Assembly: GCA_038143065.1 (NCBI GenBank)
Contig: JAYQLI010000035.1
Coordinates: forward strand, 576,001 to 640,000
Length of the DNA: 64,000 nt
Reading direction: 5' to 3'
Source of the DNA: Rhodospirillales bacterium
Lineage (GTDB): Bacteria; Pseudomonadota; Alphaproteobacteria; Bin95
Each line of letters opens with the position of its first letter. Position 1 is the first letter of the stretch. Both the position numbers and the translations under genes were made by a program. The notes beneath the pieces are model-generated. The model saw nothing but the letters and a program-made list of their open reading frames with translations, did no database searches and was not told the origin of the DNA. Positions 1 through 10,756 of the stretch are shown in pieces.

Positions 1-684
1 TCTGTACAACCTCGTTTCATACTTGCAATTTGGGGGATAGAAACACGGTTTGGAGCTGTTAAACCAACCGTCCCTGTATTACCAGCTGTGGCAACGCTCG
101 CATTCGATCGCCGTAGATCCAAGTATTTTAGACAACAGGTATTTGCCACACTGCGGATGCTGCAAAATAACTACATAGATCTTGAGAGCCTTAAGGGCTC
201 GTGGGCGGGTGCAATGGGACAACCACAGTTCATGCCATCCAGCTATCTGGCATATGCTCAAGATTTTAATGGCGACGGTCGACGAGATATTTGGAATGAT
301 GAGGGCGACGTCTTCGCTTCAATTGCTAATTATCTGGCGAAACACGGTTGGAGAGATGACCAAACGTGGGGACGTGAGATACAAGTCCCCCTCAATATAG
401 CTCAAAATGAGTTTGAAAATCTCGACCCTAAAAATCGAGGTTGTAGGGCAATGAAAAAGATGAGCCACCCAAGATTATTAAGCGAATGGGCTAAAATTGG
501 GGTAACCAAAATAGACGGCTCGCCACTACCTTCCCGAGATTTAGACGCGTCTATGATTTTTCCGGACGGAATAAGTGGCCCCAAATACTTAGTTTATGGC
601 AATTACCGTTCCATACTTCGATATAATTGCGCTCATCTTTATGCTGTTACAGTTGGTGAATTGGCGAATAAATTATGGCGTTAA
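1..684 (+). CDS. mltB: Lytic murein transglycosylase, MltB family (5' end outside window)
   Basis: Frame is open from base 1 (..LAIWGIETRFG..). Motifs GSWAGAMGQPQFMPSSY, DFNGDGRRDIW and SIANYL. Lies upstream of rlpA-dacA. Confidence 0.9.
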   Translation, partial: SVQPRFILAIWGIETRFGAVKPTVPVLPAVATLAFDRRRSKYFRQQVFATLRMLQNNYIDLESLKGSWAGAMGQPQFMPSSYLAYAQDFNGDGRRDIWNDEGDVFASIANYLAKHGWRDDQTWGREIQVPLNIAQNEFENLDPKNRGCRAMKKMSHPRLLSEWAKIGVTKIDGSPLPSRDLDASMIFPDGISGPKYLVYGNYRSILRYNCAHLYAVTVGELANKLWR

Positions 685-1559
685 GCTTGAGGCACATAAT
701 CATCGGTTTTGGGTTTCTAGCGCTATTAGCTGGTTGCAGCACTTCTCGTGACGAAAGAAGTGATGGAATAGATGTGCCATTAAGCCCTCAAGTAACGATT
801 ACCTCTGATGCTACCTCGAATTATAAAATAGGAACGCCGTATAAAATTGCTGGCATTCAATACCAACCTGAAGAGCGCTTCATACACGAGGAAACTGGCC
901 AAGCATCTTGGTATGGTCCTGGTTTTCATAGCCGTTTAACAGCTAACGGTGAACCATTTGATCAACGTGCGATGACAGCAGCCCATCGCACTTTACAACT
1001 ACCATCCATTATTCATGTCACAAATCTGAGCAATGGGCGTACAGCGGTTCTTCGAGTTAATGATCGTGGACCATATCATGCAAACCGTATTCTAGATGTT
1101 TCGGAGGTTGCAGCAGAAGAGTTGGGTTTTATGCGGCGTGGGACCACAAAGGTTAAGATTAAAGTGTTGGAAGACCCAAGCCGAGAAGTAGCAGAGTTAG
1201 CAAGTTCGAATGCGACAATCAAAGAACTAGAGAGCATTCGATTGGCTGCAGCTAATTCTTTTAAGCCTCAAAATTCTTCAATAAGTCGTAAAGTAGAAAA
1301 AAAAGCAGAATACTCTTACGCTGCACAGACCGGAACATTTGTGCAAACTGGAGCTTTTAGTATTGAACAAAATGCCCACAAGCAGGGGCTTTCTTTAAAT
1401 AATTTTGGTCAATATTTGGTCAAAAAGTCAGAATATAAGGGTAAGACTATATTTCTCGTTAGGTTTGGTCCCTTCGAGAATGTACAAGAGGCAAAGAAGG
1501 CACTGTCGCGATTTGCAGTGGCAGGTGCAAAGGATGCACACGTCGTCACAGTGCAGTAA
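675..1559 (+). CDS. rlpA: Septal ring lytic transglycosylase RlpA lipoprotein with C-terminal SPOR domain
   Basis: Lipobox LAGC; ASWYG, TANGE, TAAHRTL, RVNDRGP motifs; C-terminal VQTGAF..VRFGPF SPOR repeat. Confidence 0.93.
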   Translation: MALSLRHIIIGFGFLALLAGCSTSRDERSDGIDVPLSPQVTITSDATSNYKIGTPYKIAGIQYQPEERFIHEETGQASWYGPGFHSRLTANGEPFDQRAMTAAHRTLQLPSIIHVTNLSNGRTAVLRVNDRGPYHANRILDVSEVAAEELGFMRRGTTKVKIKVLEDPSREVAELASSNATIKELESIRLAAANSFKPQNSSISRKVEKKAEYSYAAQTGTFVQTGAFSIEQNAHKQGLSLNNFGQYLVKKSEYKGKTIFLVRFGPFENVQEAKKALSRFAVAGAKDAHVVTVQ

Positions 1560-1572
1560 TAGGAGCAATCTT

Positions 1573-2712
1573 TTGCGCAGATTATTTATATACTTTTCTG
1601 TTCTTAGTTTTTTCGTCGTGCAGCCAAATGCGTCTACAGCGGCATCATTCGATACACTGGCACGCCAAGCTTATATGGTAGATCTAACAACTGGTGCCGT
1701 GCTTTTAGAGAAAGATGCACATTCCAAAATGCCACCGGCTTCTATGAGTAAGCTAATGACGGCATACCTTCTTTTTGAGAGACTTAAAAACGGCAGTATC
1801 TCAATGGAAGACACACTTCCTATCAGCTCAAATGCGTCACGCAAGGGTGGCTCGAAAATGTTTTTGCGCGATGGGGAACGCGTTAAGGTTGAAGATCTAA
1901 TCCGTGGAATAGTCATTCAATCAGGAAATGATGCCTGTATTGCAATAGCTGAGGGACTTGCCGGGAGCGAAGAAGCATTCGCAGAAATGATGAATGCCAA
2001 AGCAAAAGAAATTGGTTTAGAAAACAGCAATTTCACCAATGCTACGGGCTGGCCTGACCCCGAACATTATATGACGGCTGCAGACCTAGTAAAATTAGCT
2101 CAGCGACTTTTTGAAGACTTCCCCGAGTATTACCATTTTTATTCGGAGAGGCAGTTCAGTTTCAATAAAATCACCCAACGTAATCGCAATCCAACGCTCG
2201 GAGTTATCGAGGGAGCAGATGGAATGAAGACGGGTTACACCAGAGCCTCTGGCTATGGTCTAACGGCATCTGCAGAACGTGATGAACGACGCCTAATTAT
2301 GGTTGTAAACGGACTAGAACTCAAGCCAAGCCAGGGCAGCCGAAGCAGAACGACTAATAAATTGGGGATTTGGATTCTTTAAAATTCATGAACTTATTCA
2401 GGCCGGAGAAACAGTTGAAACAGCAGAGCTGTGGTTGGGCCAAAAGCGAACCGTTCCTCTAGTTCTTAAAGAAGACCTTCGAGTAACACTTCCAAAATCG
2501 TCAAAGGCTAAACTTAAAGTTGCAGTTCGCTACGAAGGACCAGTTAAGGCCCCAGTGTATAAGGGAGAAAAATTAGGCACTTTAGTTGTAAGTGCTCCAG
2601 GAATTGAGACAATCGAAGCCAATTATTCGTTGCAGAGACAGTAGAACGTTTAGGACCAGCGGGTCGAGTTATTGAAACCCTTGGTGCTCTCGTAAGTGGT
2701 GCTGGACGCTAG
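1573..2712 (+). CDS. dacA: D-alanyl-D-alanine carboxypeptidase (PBP5/6); two apparent sequencing frameshifts
   Basis: PASMSK (SxxK), SGND (SxN) and KTGYT motifs. AGGAG at 1561 precedes TTG 1573. C-terminal domain continues in ORF 2435..2644 and a third frame to TAG 2712. Confidence 0.88.
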
Positions 2713-2714
2713 TT

Positions 2715-3347
2715 TTGACTAGGGGGCATTTCATAACGCTCGAAGGAGGTGAGGGAGCGGGCAAAAGCACTCAAGCTCAATTATTAAAGAATTTTCTGGA
2801 AAATTAGGGCTTGTCAGTAGTTCTCACGCGTGAGCCAGGAGGATCTCCAGATGCAGAGCGTCTACGAGAAGCCTTACTGGATATGCCAGAACATTTGGGA
2901 ACCTGGACGGCAGACACTGAGTGCTTGATTCATTTTGCGGCAAGGTGCCAGCACATAGCGGATGTTATTAAGCCTGAGCTTTCAAAAGGGCATTGGGTAA
3001 TTTGCGATCGCTTCACTGATTCAACCATCGCTTATCAGGGGTATGCCAGCGGTGTCGATCAATCACGAATTAGATCACTTCAACATTGGGCGCTTAAAGA
3101 TTTTGAACCTGATTTGACAATTATTTTAGACCTTCCTGTTGAAGCAGGATTATCTCGGGCTGCTTCAAGAGGGTCTGCGTCAGATATTTACGAGCGTCGT
3201 ACGAAAGAATTTCACGATTCTGTTAGGGAGGGTTTTCTTGATATTGCCGCCAAGAACCCCACTCGTTGTTATTTAGTGAATGCGGATCAAGAGACCAGCG
3301 TCGTGGCTGCATCTATTAGGCAAGCAATAGACAAGCGATTTGGGTAA
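2715..3347 (+). CDS. tmk: Thymidylate kinase (in-frame TAG at 2805-2807, probably an error)
   Basis: From TTG 2715: MTRGHFITLEGGEGAGKSTQ (P-loop), in the same frame as ORF 2811..3347 (TREPGG, CDRFTDSTIAYQG). Confidence 0.92.
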
Positions 3348-3350
3348 AAT

Positions 3351-4464
3351 ATGGCAAGGAGTAGCTCAAAAGCGACGTCAGTAGAGGAAATCGATGAAGA
3401 TCATCCTCGCTTACAGACGACATGCCTAGAACAAGATGCTCCAGAACGACAATTCATCGAAGCGTATAATCAGCGCCGCTTGCATCATGCTTGGCTCCTA
3501 TGTGGCCCTAAAGGAACGGGCAAGGCAACGTTTGCTTATCGGGCTGCAAAATTCCTGCTAGCAGAAGAAAAAACAGAAATTGGTGGGCTGTTTGGTTCCG
3601 CAGTACCTCCAGAAACCTTAGATCGATCTTCGGATGACCCTGGTTGTCGAAGGGTTGCTGCTGGGTCACATGCGGATTTGACTACATTGGAACCAACAAA
3701 AACAGGTGGGCAAATTATTGTTGAAACAGCGGATAAACTTGCGGCAGCTCTGAGATTAACAGCCTGGGGAGGGATCTTGGAGAGTTGCAATTATTGATGC
3801 TGCGGATGATTTAAATATCTCGGCAGCTAACAAACTTTTAAAACTAATCGAAGAGCCGCCAACAAACACTATTCTGTTTCTAATTTCACATAACCCGGGA
3901 CGTTTATTACCAACTATCAGGTCTAGATGTACTAGAGTTACATTTAATACGCTGAGTTCCGATGCAATAGCCAGGATTCTAACTTTGCGTAGGCCAGAAA
4001 CCTCGGGTGAAAATATCTCCTCCATTATTGAATTGTCGTCCGGGTCAGCTGGCCGTGCTCTGGCATTGTTGGATGGCGGCGGAGCAGAGGCAATTAACCA
4101 ACTAAGCCAAGTGCTCGCCGGTAGACATGGGGCGGGTGTTTTAGCCGCAGAAGGATTGGCAGCATCCCTAAACCGTAACCCATTTCAATATAATGTTGTA
4201 ACAGACAGCTTGATATCTTGGTTAGTTTTAGCGGCAAAACCTCCTTTAGAAGCAGAGTCGGAAGTCGGATTGCCAACTGATATGGTTAAGTTGGCGAACG
4301 CCGCTTCAGTCTTAGGCCCTAAACCCTGGATTGAGCTGTATGAACACGCTACATACCGATTTGAGAGAACTAAAGCTGTCAACCTTGACCCAGCGCAGAC
4401 GCTCGTAGATATCTTAGCTCGCATACAAGCGCTTCTCGCACGTTCCGAGTTGCGTGGTTCTTGA
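3351..4464 (+). CDS. holB: DNA polymerase III delta' subunit (frameshift near 3770)
   Basis: HHAWLLCGPKGTGKATFA; second frame RVAIIDAADDL..LLKLIEEPP..LLPTIRSRC continues into ORF 3985..4464. Sits between tmk and metG. Confidence 0.9.
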
Positions 4465-4505
4465 AACAAATTTTGGCTTTGGCCTCATTAAAAGGAGCTG
4501 GCGGC

Positions 4506-6055
4506 ATGACTGAGCAGCCGCGCTACTACATTACCACACCTATTTATTACGTTAATGACGATCCGCACATCGGTCATGCCTACACCACGTTAGCGTGTGA
4601 TGTGCTTGCGCGTTTTAAACGTCTTGATGGGTATGATGTTCACTTTTTAACAGGAACTGATGAACACGGTCAGAAAGTCGAAAAGGCTGCTGAAGCAGCA
4701 GGCGTAGACCCACAAGCCTTTACCGATGATGTTTCTAAAAGGTTTCGCGACCTTCTTGGAGCGATGAACTTTTCAAACGATGATTTCATTCGAACCACAG
4801 AGCCACGCCATATCGATTCAGTTCAAGCTATCTGGCAACGACTAATCGACCGTGATGAGATTTATCTCGGTGCTTACGCTGGATGGTATGCAGTACGTGA
4901 CGAGGCGTTCTATGGTGAGGGCGAGCTTACAAAAGACCAAGCAGGGCAGCGTCTTGCGCCCACCGGCGCACCTGTGGAATGGGTAGAAGAACCAAGTTAT
5001 TTTTTCCGCTTATCTGCCTGGCAGGATCGTCTTTTAAGGTTTTACGAGGAAAATCAAGACTTTATTGCGCCAAATTCGCGTCGAAATGAAGTGATAAGCT
5101 TTGTGAAGAGCGGCCTTCAAGACCTTTCAGTATCCAGGGTTAGCTTTAAATGGGGGTTCCTGTTCCTGGTGACGAAGCCCATGTGATGTATGTTTGGCTT
5201 GACGCATTAACAAATTACATCACCGCAGCCGGCTTCCCCGATACAGAATCAAATAGCTACAAGCGCTACTGGCCTGCTGACCTTCATATGGTCGGAAAAG
5301 ACATTCTCAGATTTCATACGGTCTATTGGCCTGCTTTTCTGATGGCTGCAGGTTTAGAACCACCCAAGCGAGTATTTGCGCATGGATGGTGGACTAACGA
5401 GGGGCAAAAGATTTCAAAATCTTTGGGAAATGTAATAAGTCCTTATGATCTGGTGGATCGGTATGGCTTAGATCAAACCCGCTATTTCCTTCTTCGTGAA
5501 GTGCCATTTGGCAATGACGGTGACTTTTCAAGAAATTCGATGATCAGTCGCATGAATAATGAGCTTGCTAATGACTATGGAAATTTAGCCCAAAGGGTTC
5601 TTTCAATGATTGCAAAGAATCTGGGCGGCGAAGTGCCCGAACCGCAAGACTTTACCCAAGAAGATAAAGAGCTTTTAGACGCCTCAAATTCATTGCCAAA
5701 AGTTATTCGGCCACTGATGGACACTCAAGCATTCCATGAGGCATTGGAACGTATTTGGGTGGTGATCAGGGCATCGAACGCATATGTGGATCATCAGGCA
5801 CCTTGGGTTTTACGAAAGTCAGATCCTGCCAGGATGGGTACAGTATTGTACGTTTTAGCTGAAACTATTCGGCGACTTGCAATCATGACTCAGCCGTTTA
5901 TGCCAGATTCATCAAGAAAAATGCTTGATCAACTTTCTATCCCGGACGAGGAAAGAACAATCAATGCTGTTTCGAGCGTTAAACTTTCACCAGGAATAGT
6001 TCTGCCAAAACCGGAGGGTATATTCCCAAGGTATATCGACGAGGAAAACGCTTAG
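4506..6055 (+). CDS. metG: Methionine--tRNA ligase (frameshift in G-run near 5152)
   Basis: YITTPIYYVN, HIGH, TGTDEHGQK, YVWLDAL, GKDILRFH, KISKS. Confidence 0.96.
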
Positions 6056-6852
6056 TGCTGTCCCACTTCATCGATAGTCACTGTCACCTTGATCATCTAG
6101 ACGAGCATGCAAGAGCGGAGGCAGTTGGACGTGCCATAAGGGCAGGGGTACGTGGCATGTTAACAATCTGCACAAGTCTTGCATCTTTAAATCAGGTTGC
6201 TCAGATTGCTGCGATGTATAAGCCAAACGTAGCGATGGCGGTCGGTGTCCATCCACATCGTGTTGAAAGCGAAGGTGTTCCAACAGAGGAAGAACTGACT
6301 CAGGTAGGAATGCGGACTGATGTTGCTGGACTTGGTGAAACTGGACTTGATTATTTCTACAATAAAAGCCGTAAGGATTTTCAACAGGAGAGTTTCCGAA
6401 GGCATATCAGGGCCTCTCAAAAAACAAATGTTCCATTCATTGTGCATACCAGAGACGCTGATGAGGATACGATTCAGATTTTAGAAGAAGAGGCCAGTAA
6501 TGGTCATCAAAATGGTGTCTTGCACTGCTTTTCCTCCGGGCGCGCTTTAGCAGAACGCGCTGTAGATCTAGGAATGTATATCTCACTTTCAGGAATTCTA
6601 ACTTTTAATAATGCCAAAGAGGTTCGAGAAATCGCTTCAGACATCCCCTTAGATAGGCTGTTAATTGAAACAGACACCCCATTCCTTGCTCCAATTCCAA
6701 TGCGAGGCAAGCCAAATGAGCCAGCATATGTAGTCCATACGGCTAAGGTTCTTGCTGATTTAAAAGGAATATCAATAGAAACATTAGCCCATGTAACCAC
6801 AGAGAATTTCACGCGTCTCTTTCCAAAAGCAGCTGAGCTCGCAAAAGCATGA
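6055..6852 (+). CDS. tatD: TatD family deoxyribonuclease
   Basis: DSHCHL, GVHPH, GETGLDY, HTRDA, HCFS, ETDTPFLAP. Confidence 0.93.
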   Translation: MLSHFIDSHCHLDHLDEHARAEAVGRAIRAGVRGMLTICTSLASLNQVAQIAAMYKPNVAMAVGVHPHRVESEGVPTEEELTQVGMRTDVAGLGETGLDYFYNKSRKDFQQESFRRHIRASQKTNVPFIVHTRDADEDTIQILEEEASNGHQNGVLHCFSSGRALAERAVDLGMYISLSGILTFNNAKEVREIASDIPLDRLLIETDTPFLAPIPMRGKPNEPAYVVHTAKVLADLKGISIETLAHVTTENFTRLFPKAAELAKA

Positions 6853-7646
6853 AAGTGCGGATTTTAGGCGCCGGAGCATCATCAGGTGTCCCGTATGTCT
6901 CTGGTGATTGGGGCCAATGCGATCCAAGTGAAATAAAGAATAAGAGAAGCAGAGCAAGCATACTTATTGAGTGTAACGGCCAACGAATTGTCGTAGATAC
7001 TGGTCCAGATTTCCGTGCACAGTTCCTCGAAGCCGGCTCAGGTCCAATTGATGCTGTTATTTATACTCATGCGCACGCGGATCATGTCCATGGAATAGAT
7101 GATGTTCGACACATTAACTCTATGATGAAGAAAGAAATTCCGGCGTTTGGATACGAAGAATGCCTAACCGAAATTGCACGCAGATTTAATTACGTCTTTA
7201 AACCCGTAGAACAAAGTCAAGGTTGGTTTAGACCTGCAATGACAGCAAATTCCATTGAAGACGGTGCGGTTTCTATTGGTTCATCTAATCTTCAGATATT
7301 TGAGCAAGACCATGGTGTCTGTAGAACCGTTGGCGTTCGAATTGGAGAAATTGGCTACTCCACGGACGTTGTGCGTTTGAATAAAGCGGCACTTGATACG
7401 TTAAAAGGTGTAAAGACCTGGATAGTTGGTTGCCTTAGGCGTGAAGATCATTTTGTGCACGCTGGGCTTAGTCAGGTGTTGAGGTGGGCGGATGTGATTG
7501 GCCCAGACCGTGTAATTCTGACTCATATGAATGCTACGATGGATTATGCAGAGTTAAGTGCAGAGTTACCATCCGGGGTCGAGCCTGGGTATGATGGCTT
7601 AGAGATAATACCTATAATTTCCCATAATATATCTTATCGGACTTAA
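6849..7646 (+). CDS. MBL-fold metallo-hydrolase (PhnP-like)
   Basis: LGAGASSGVP, DTGPDFR, THAHADHVHG; usual neighbour of tatD. Confidence 0.88.
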   Translation: MKVRILGAGASSGVPYVSGDWGQCDPSEIKNKRSRASILIECNGQRIVVDTGPDFRAQFLEAGSGPIDAVIYTHAHADHVHGIDDVRHINSMMKKEIPAFGYEECLTEIARRFNYVFKPVEQSQGWFRPAMTANSIEDGAVSIGSSNLQIFEQDHGVCRTVGVRIGEIGYSTDVVRLNKAALDTLKGVKTWIVGCLRREDHFVHAGLSQVLRWADVIGPDRVILTHMNATMDYAELSAELPSGVEPGYDGLEIIPIISHNISYRT

Positions 7647-7713
7647 ATCCACAGCAAGCTAAACCTAATCTTAGTCTTCCCCTCGCTAAAATTTCCTGCG
7701 ATCTTTACCGACG

Positions 7714-8520
7714 TTGCCCGAAACAGTGGAGCCCAAAATCTTGGCATACGAAACGATCCTTTACGAAGAAGATGGCCCGATCGCTTGGATAACCCTCAAC
7801 CGCCCTGATCACGGCAATATGTTTAACCAAACGATGTGCCATGAACTAAGAGATTGTATGAACGAAATTCGCCGGGAAACCCGCACCCGGGTGGTTGTAA
7901 TACCTGGCTCTGGAGATCGCTTCTTTTGCATTGGTGGAGAAAAAACCGGTCTAGAAGATACACTTCTCTACCCAGGTGTTTTGCCAACTCTTGAAATTTA
8001 TGAATCTATTGAACGACTTCAGAAACCGGTAATTGCGAGTGTTAATGGATATGCAGTCGGCGGTGGCAATGTTCTGCAAGTAGTATGCGACCTTACAATT
8101 GCTAAAGAGTCTGCGGTCTTTAGGCAAGTTGGTCCAATGATGGGATCGTTTGATGCTGGTTATGGAACTTGGAAACTTGAAGACCTTGTTGGATCCAAGC
8201 GAGCCAAAGAAATGTGGATGTTGAATGACAGGATTTCAGCATCTGACGCAGCAGAGAGAGGCTTAATTAATCGTTGCGTTCCAGACGATAGCCTTAGAGA
8301 AGAGACACGAAAGATGGCGTTAGATGTGTCAGAACGCGGACCTTTTGCATTAGCAGCAATCAAGCACGCGTTCCTGGCGCGTCATGGCGGCGTTGCTGGT
8401 CTATCTAGAGTAACGCATGACCTACTTCTTCGGCCATTCTTGGATACCAAAGAGTCCAAAGAATTAGGTACTAGTTTTAGAGAAAAACGGAAGCCTGATC
8501 CTTCAACTTTCGGACATTAA
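7714..8520 (+). CDS. Crotonase-fold enzyme of the MenB/BadI clade (start may be TTG 7741)
   Basis: ITLNRP, FFCIGGEK, VNGYAVGGGNVLQVVCDLTIA, QVGPMMGSFDAGYG. Confidence 0.8.
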   Translation: MPETVEPKILAYETILYEEDGPIAWITLNRPDHGNMFNQTMCHELRDCMNEIRRETRTRVVVIPGSGDRFFCIGGEKTGLEDTLLYPGVLPTLEIYESIERLQKPVIASVNGYAVGGGNVLQVVCDLTIAKESAVFRQVGPMMGSFDAGYGTWKLEDLVGSKRAKEMWMLNDRISASDAAERGLINRCVPDDSLREETRKMALDVSERGPFALAAIKHAFLARHGGVAGLSRVTHDLLLRPFLDTKESKELGTSFREKRKPDPSTFGH

Positions 8521-8524
8521 AAGA

Positions 8525-10183
8525 ATGCCTGCACGCCCCGTTGGCCCCCTCCTCTCGTTACATCACCCTGAAGTAGCTCAGACCTATTATAAGCAGGGTC
8601 TCTGGACCTCTGAAACTTTCAATGATGCTCTTGAAAGACACGCAAAAACGAGGCCCAACGCTTTTGCAATTCGTGATTCCTCGAGGCGATTAACGTGGAG
8701 TGATTTTGCCGAGCTTGTTCGACGCTATGCAGGACATATGGCAGCTAAAGGAACTGCGCCAGGGGAACGTGTTGGGGTCAGGCTCTCCAATCGTGTTGAA
8801 AGTGTGGCGTCATTCTTAGCTGCAGCACGAATTGGAGCGGTAGCTAATCCTTCACTGCATCAGAATTATGTAACAGGGGATGTCATTTCTCTTCTGAAAA
8901 ATATTGGTGCCAAACTTCTGGTTACCGAGGATAATTTTGGTGTTGATAGTGGAAAAGCAGACCTAGCGGAGGAAGCGGAAAAAATAGAAGGAATGCGTCA
9001 TGTTTTTCGTATTCCAGCCGGTCGGGACAGTGGTGGCCAATTCGATGTTCAAATATCTGAACCTAAACGTTCCGATAGCCCTGATGCGGTATGTTATTTA
9101 GCTTTCACCTCAGGGACTACAGGACATCCCAAAGGGGTTATGCACTCGACAAACACGCTAATGGCGAATGCGAGGGATTTAGTGCGTGATTGGGGACATA
9201 CGGAAAATACGATTTTACTAAGTTTATCTCCCCTAACCCACCACATTGCATGGGTAGCCGTATCTCAAATAATGGATTGCGGCGGTGAATTGGTGCTTAA
9301 TGATCCACCAGCTGGAATGACTGCGCTGGACTGGATGTTGGAAACCCAAGCAACCTACGTTATGGGCGTCCCCACACATGCGATGGATGTTCAGGCAGAA
9401 GCTTACCACCGCGGCCTAGAAAAGCTTGGTAACGTGTCAGTATTTTATATGGCTGGCGCGCAAATTCCTCCAGCGGTAGCAGACAGATTTCGAACACTGG
9501 GCGTACTACCGCAGAATGTTTATGGCATGAGCGAAAACTCGTCACACCAATACACTCTCCCTGCCGATCCAGACAAAGTAATTACTAATACCTGCGGTCG
9601 TGGCGGACCGGCCTATGAAATTAAGATTGTGGACCAAAACGATCCCGATAAAGAAGCAAAAGATGGAGAAATTGGGCAAATTGCCGGTCATGGTGCTTGC
9701 CTTATGTTAGGATATTTTAATAACCAAAACGCTACTGAAGCATCATTCAACCGGCATGGCTGGTTTTTATCCGGTGACCTCGGTCGCATCGATCAAGATG
9801 GGAATTTAATAGTTACCGGTCGCTTAAAGGACATAATAATTCGGGGTGGGCATAATATTCACCCTGCGAAAGTCGAAGATATTGCTATCTCCCATCCTTC
9901 AATTGCAAAAGCAGCAGCTTTTGCTGTTCCAGATGAGCGGTTAGGAGAGAAGGTTTGTCTCGCTGTAATGCCTTCTGGCGTTGAGGCAATTCCAGAAGCA
10001 GAAGTTGTTCTGGAGCACTTGGCTCGAGGAGGACTTTCTCACTATGATATGCCGGAATATTTTTTGATTTTAGACGCCTTCCCTCTGACAGCTTCTGGAA
10101 AAATCTTGAAACGGGAGCTCGTTGAAATGCTTAAGCGCGGTGAAGTCTCTCCCAAACAATGTCGATACAACAGACCTAAATGA
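8525..10183 (+). CDS. Acyl-CoA synthetase (AMP-forming), cyclohexanecarboxylate-CoA-ligase-like
   Basis: FTSGTTGHPKG, YGMSE, SGDLG, GRLKDIIIRGGHNI, TASGKILK. Confidence 0.85.
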   Translation: MPARPVGPLLSLHHPEVAQTYYKQGLWTSETFNDALERHAKTRPNAFAIRDSSRRLTWSDFAELVRRYAGHMAAKGTAPGERVGVRLSNRVESVASFLAAARIGAVANPSLHQNYVTGDVISLLKNIGAKLLVTEDNFGVDSGKADLAEEAEKIEGMRHVFRIPAGRDSGGQFDVQISEPKRSDSPDAVCYLAFTSGTTGHPKGVMHSTNTLMANARDLVRDWGHTENTILLSLSPLTHHIAWVAVSQIMDCGGELVLNDPPAGMTALDWMLETQATYVMGVPTHAMDVQAEAYHRGLEKLGNVSVFYMAGAQIPPAVADRFRTLGVLPQNVYGMSENSSHQYTLPADPDKVITNTCGRGGPAYEIKIVDQNDPDKEAKDGEIGQIAGHGACLMLGYFNNQNATEASFNRHGWFLSGDLGRIDQDGNLIVTGRLKDIIIRGGHNIHPAKVEDIAISHPSIAKAAAFAVPDERLGEKVCLAVMPSGVEAIPEAEVVLEHLARGGLSHYDMPEYFLILDAFPLTASGKILKRELVEMLKRGEVSPKQCRYNRPK

Positions 10184-10288
10184 ATCCCCTTTACTTATCA
10201 TGTTCTTGATATTGGAAATTAGTGATGACCACGAACCCTATATCCTAAATATTTTGATTAATTTTTCGTGATAAATAATTGAAATAAT

Positions 10289-10747
10289 TTAAGTGTTTTG
10301 CCGAAGATTCCAATCTCTGCCGTTAAAGTCCCAATAAGCTAACTGTTTTCCTTCTTCCATCCACTGCCGCCATCTTCCCCGTGCTTTATCACGTGCCGGA
10401 GGATCCTGAGCATCGAAAAGATAGACGCACTTTTCATAACGTTGCCAATTACTTGGCATAGCGTCATCTATCATAATGAGTTTTGAGCGTGGGTCTTCTG
10501 TTTCAGTGACAGAAATCCAAACAGGGTGCTCGTTGGATTCACCATCACCTTTAGCTCCATGTGGAACAAAGCTTGTCGGTTCGAAAGTCCATAACCCACC
10601 ATCTAGTTCGGCTACACGCTCCTGGTCTGCACACAAGACCATTACATGACCAAGTTGACCTTGAGATTCCAAATAATGACCAAGAGCTAAAAATAGTGGA
10701 CGGCCATCAGAATTAAGAAATGCTACTTGACCTTGTCCATTATTCAT
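10289..10747 (-). CDS. holC: DNA polymerase III chi subunit
   Basis: LDGGLWTFEPTSFVPHG, PVWIS, ARGRWRQW; directly downstream of pepA. Confidence 0.85.
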   Translation of the reverse strand: MNNGQGQVAFLNSDGRPLFLALGHYLESQGQLGHVMVLCADQERVAELDGGLWTFEPTSFVPHGAKGDGESNEHPVWISVTETEDPRSKLIMIDDAMPSNWQRYEKCVYLFDAQDPPARDKARGRWRQWMEEGKQLAYWDFNGRDWNLRQNT

Positions 10748-10756
10748 ACAAATTGC

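Noticed and set aside
2805-2807. In-frame TAG inside essential tmk (possible recoding or pyrrolysine)
   Set aside because: GAAAATTAGGGC becomes GAA AAA TTA GGC (EKLG) with one more A and one fewer G, i.e. compensating homopolymer errors. TAG is a normal stop elsewhere (metG, dacA) and no pyl genes are seen.
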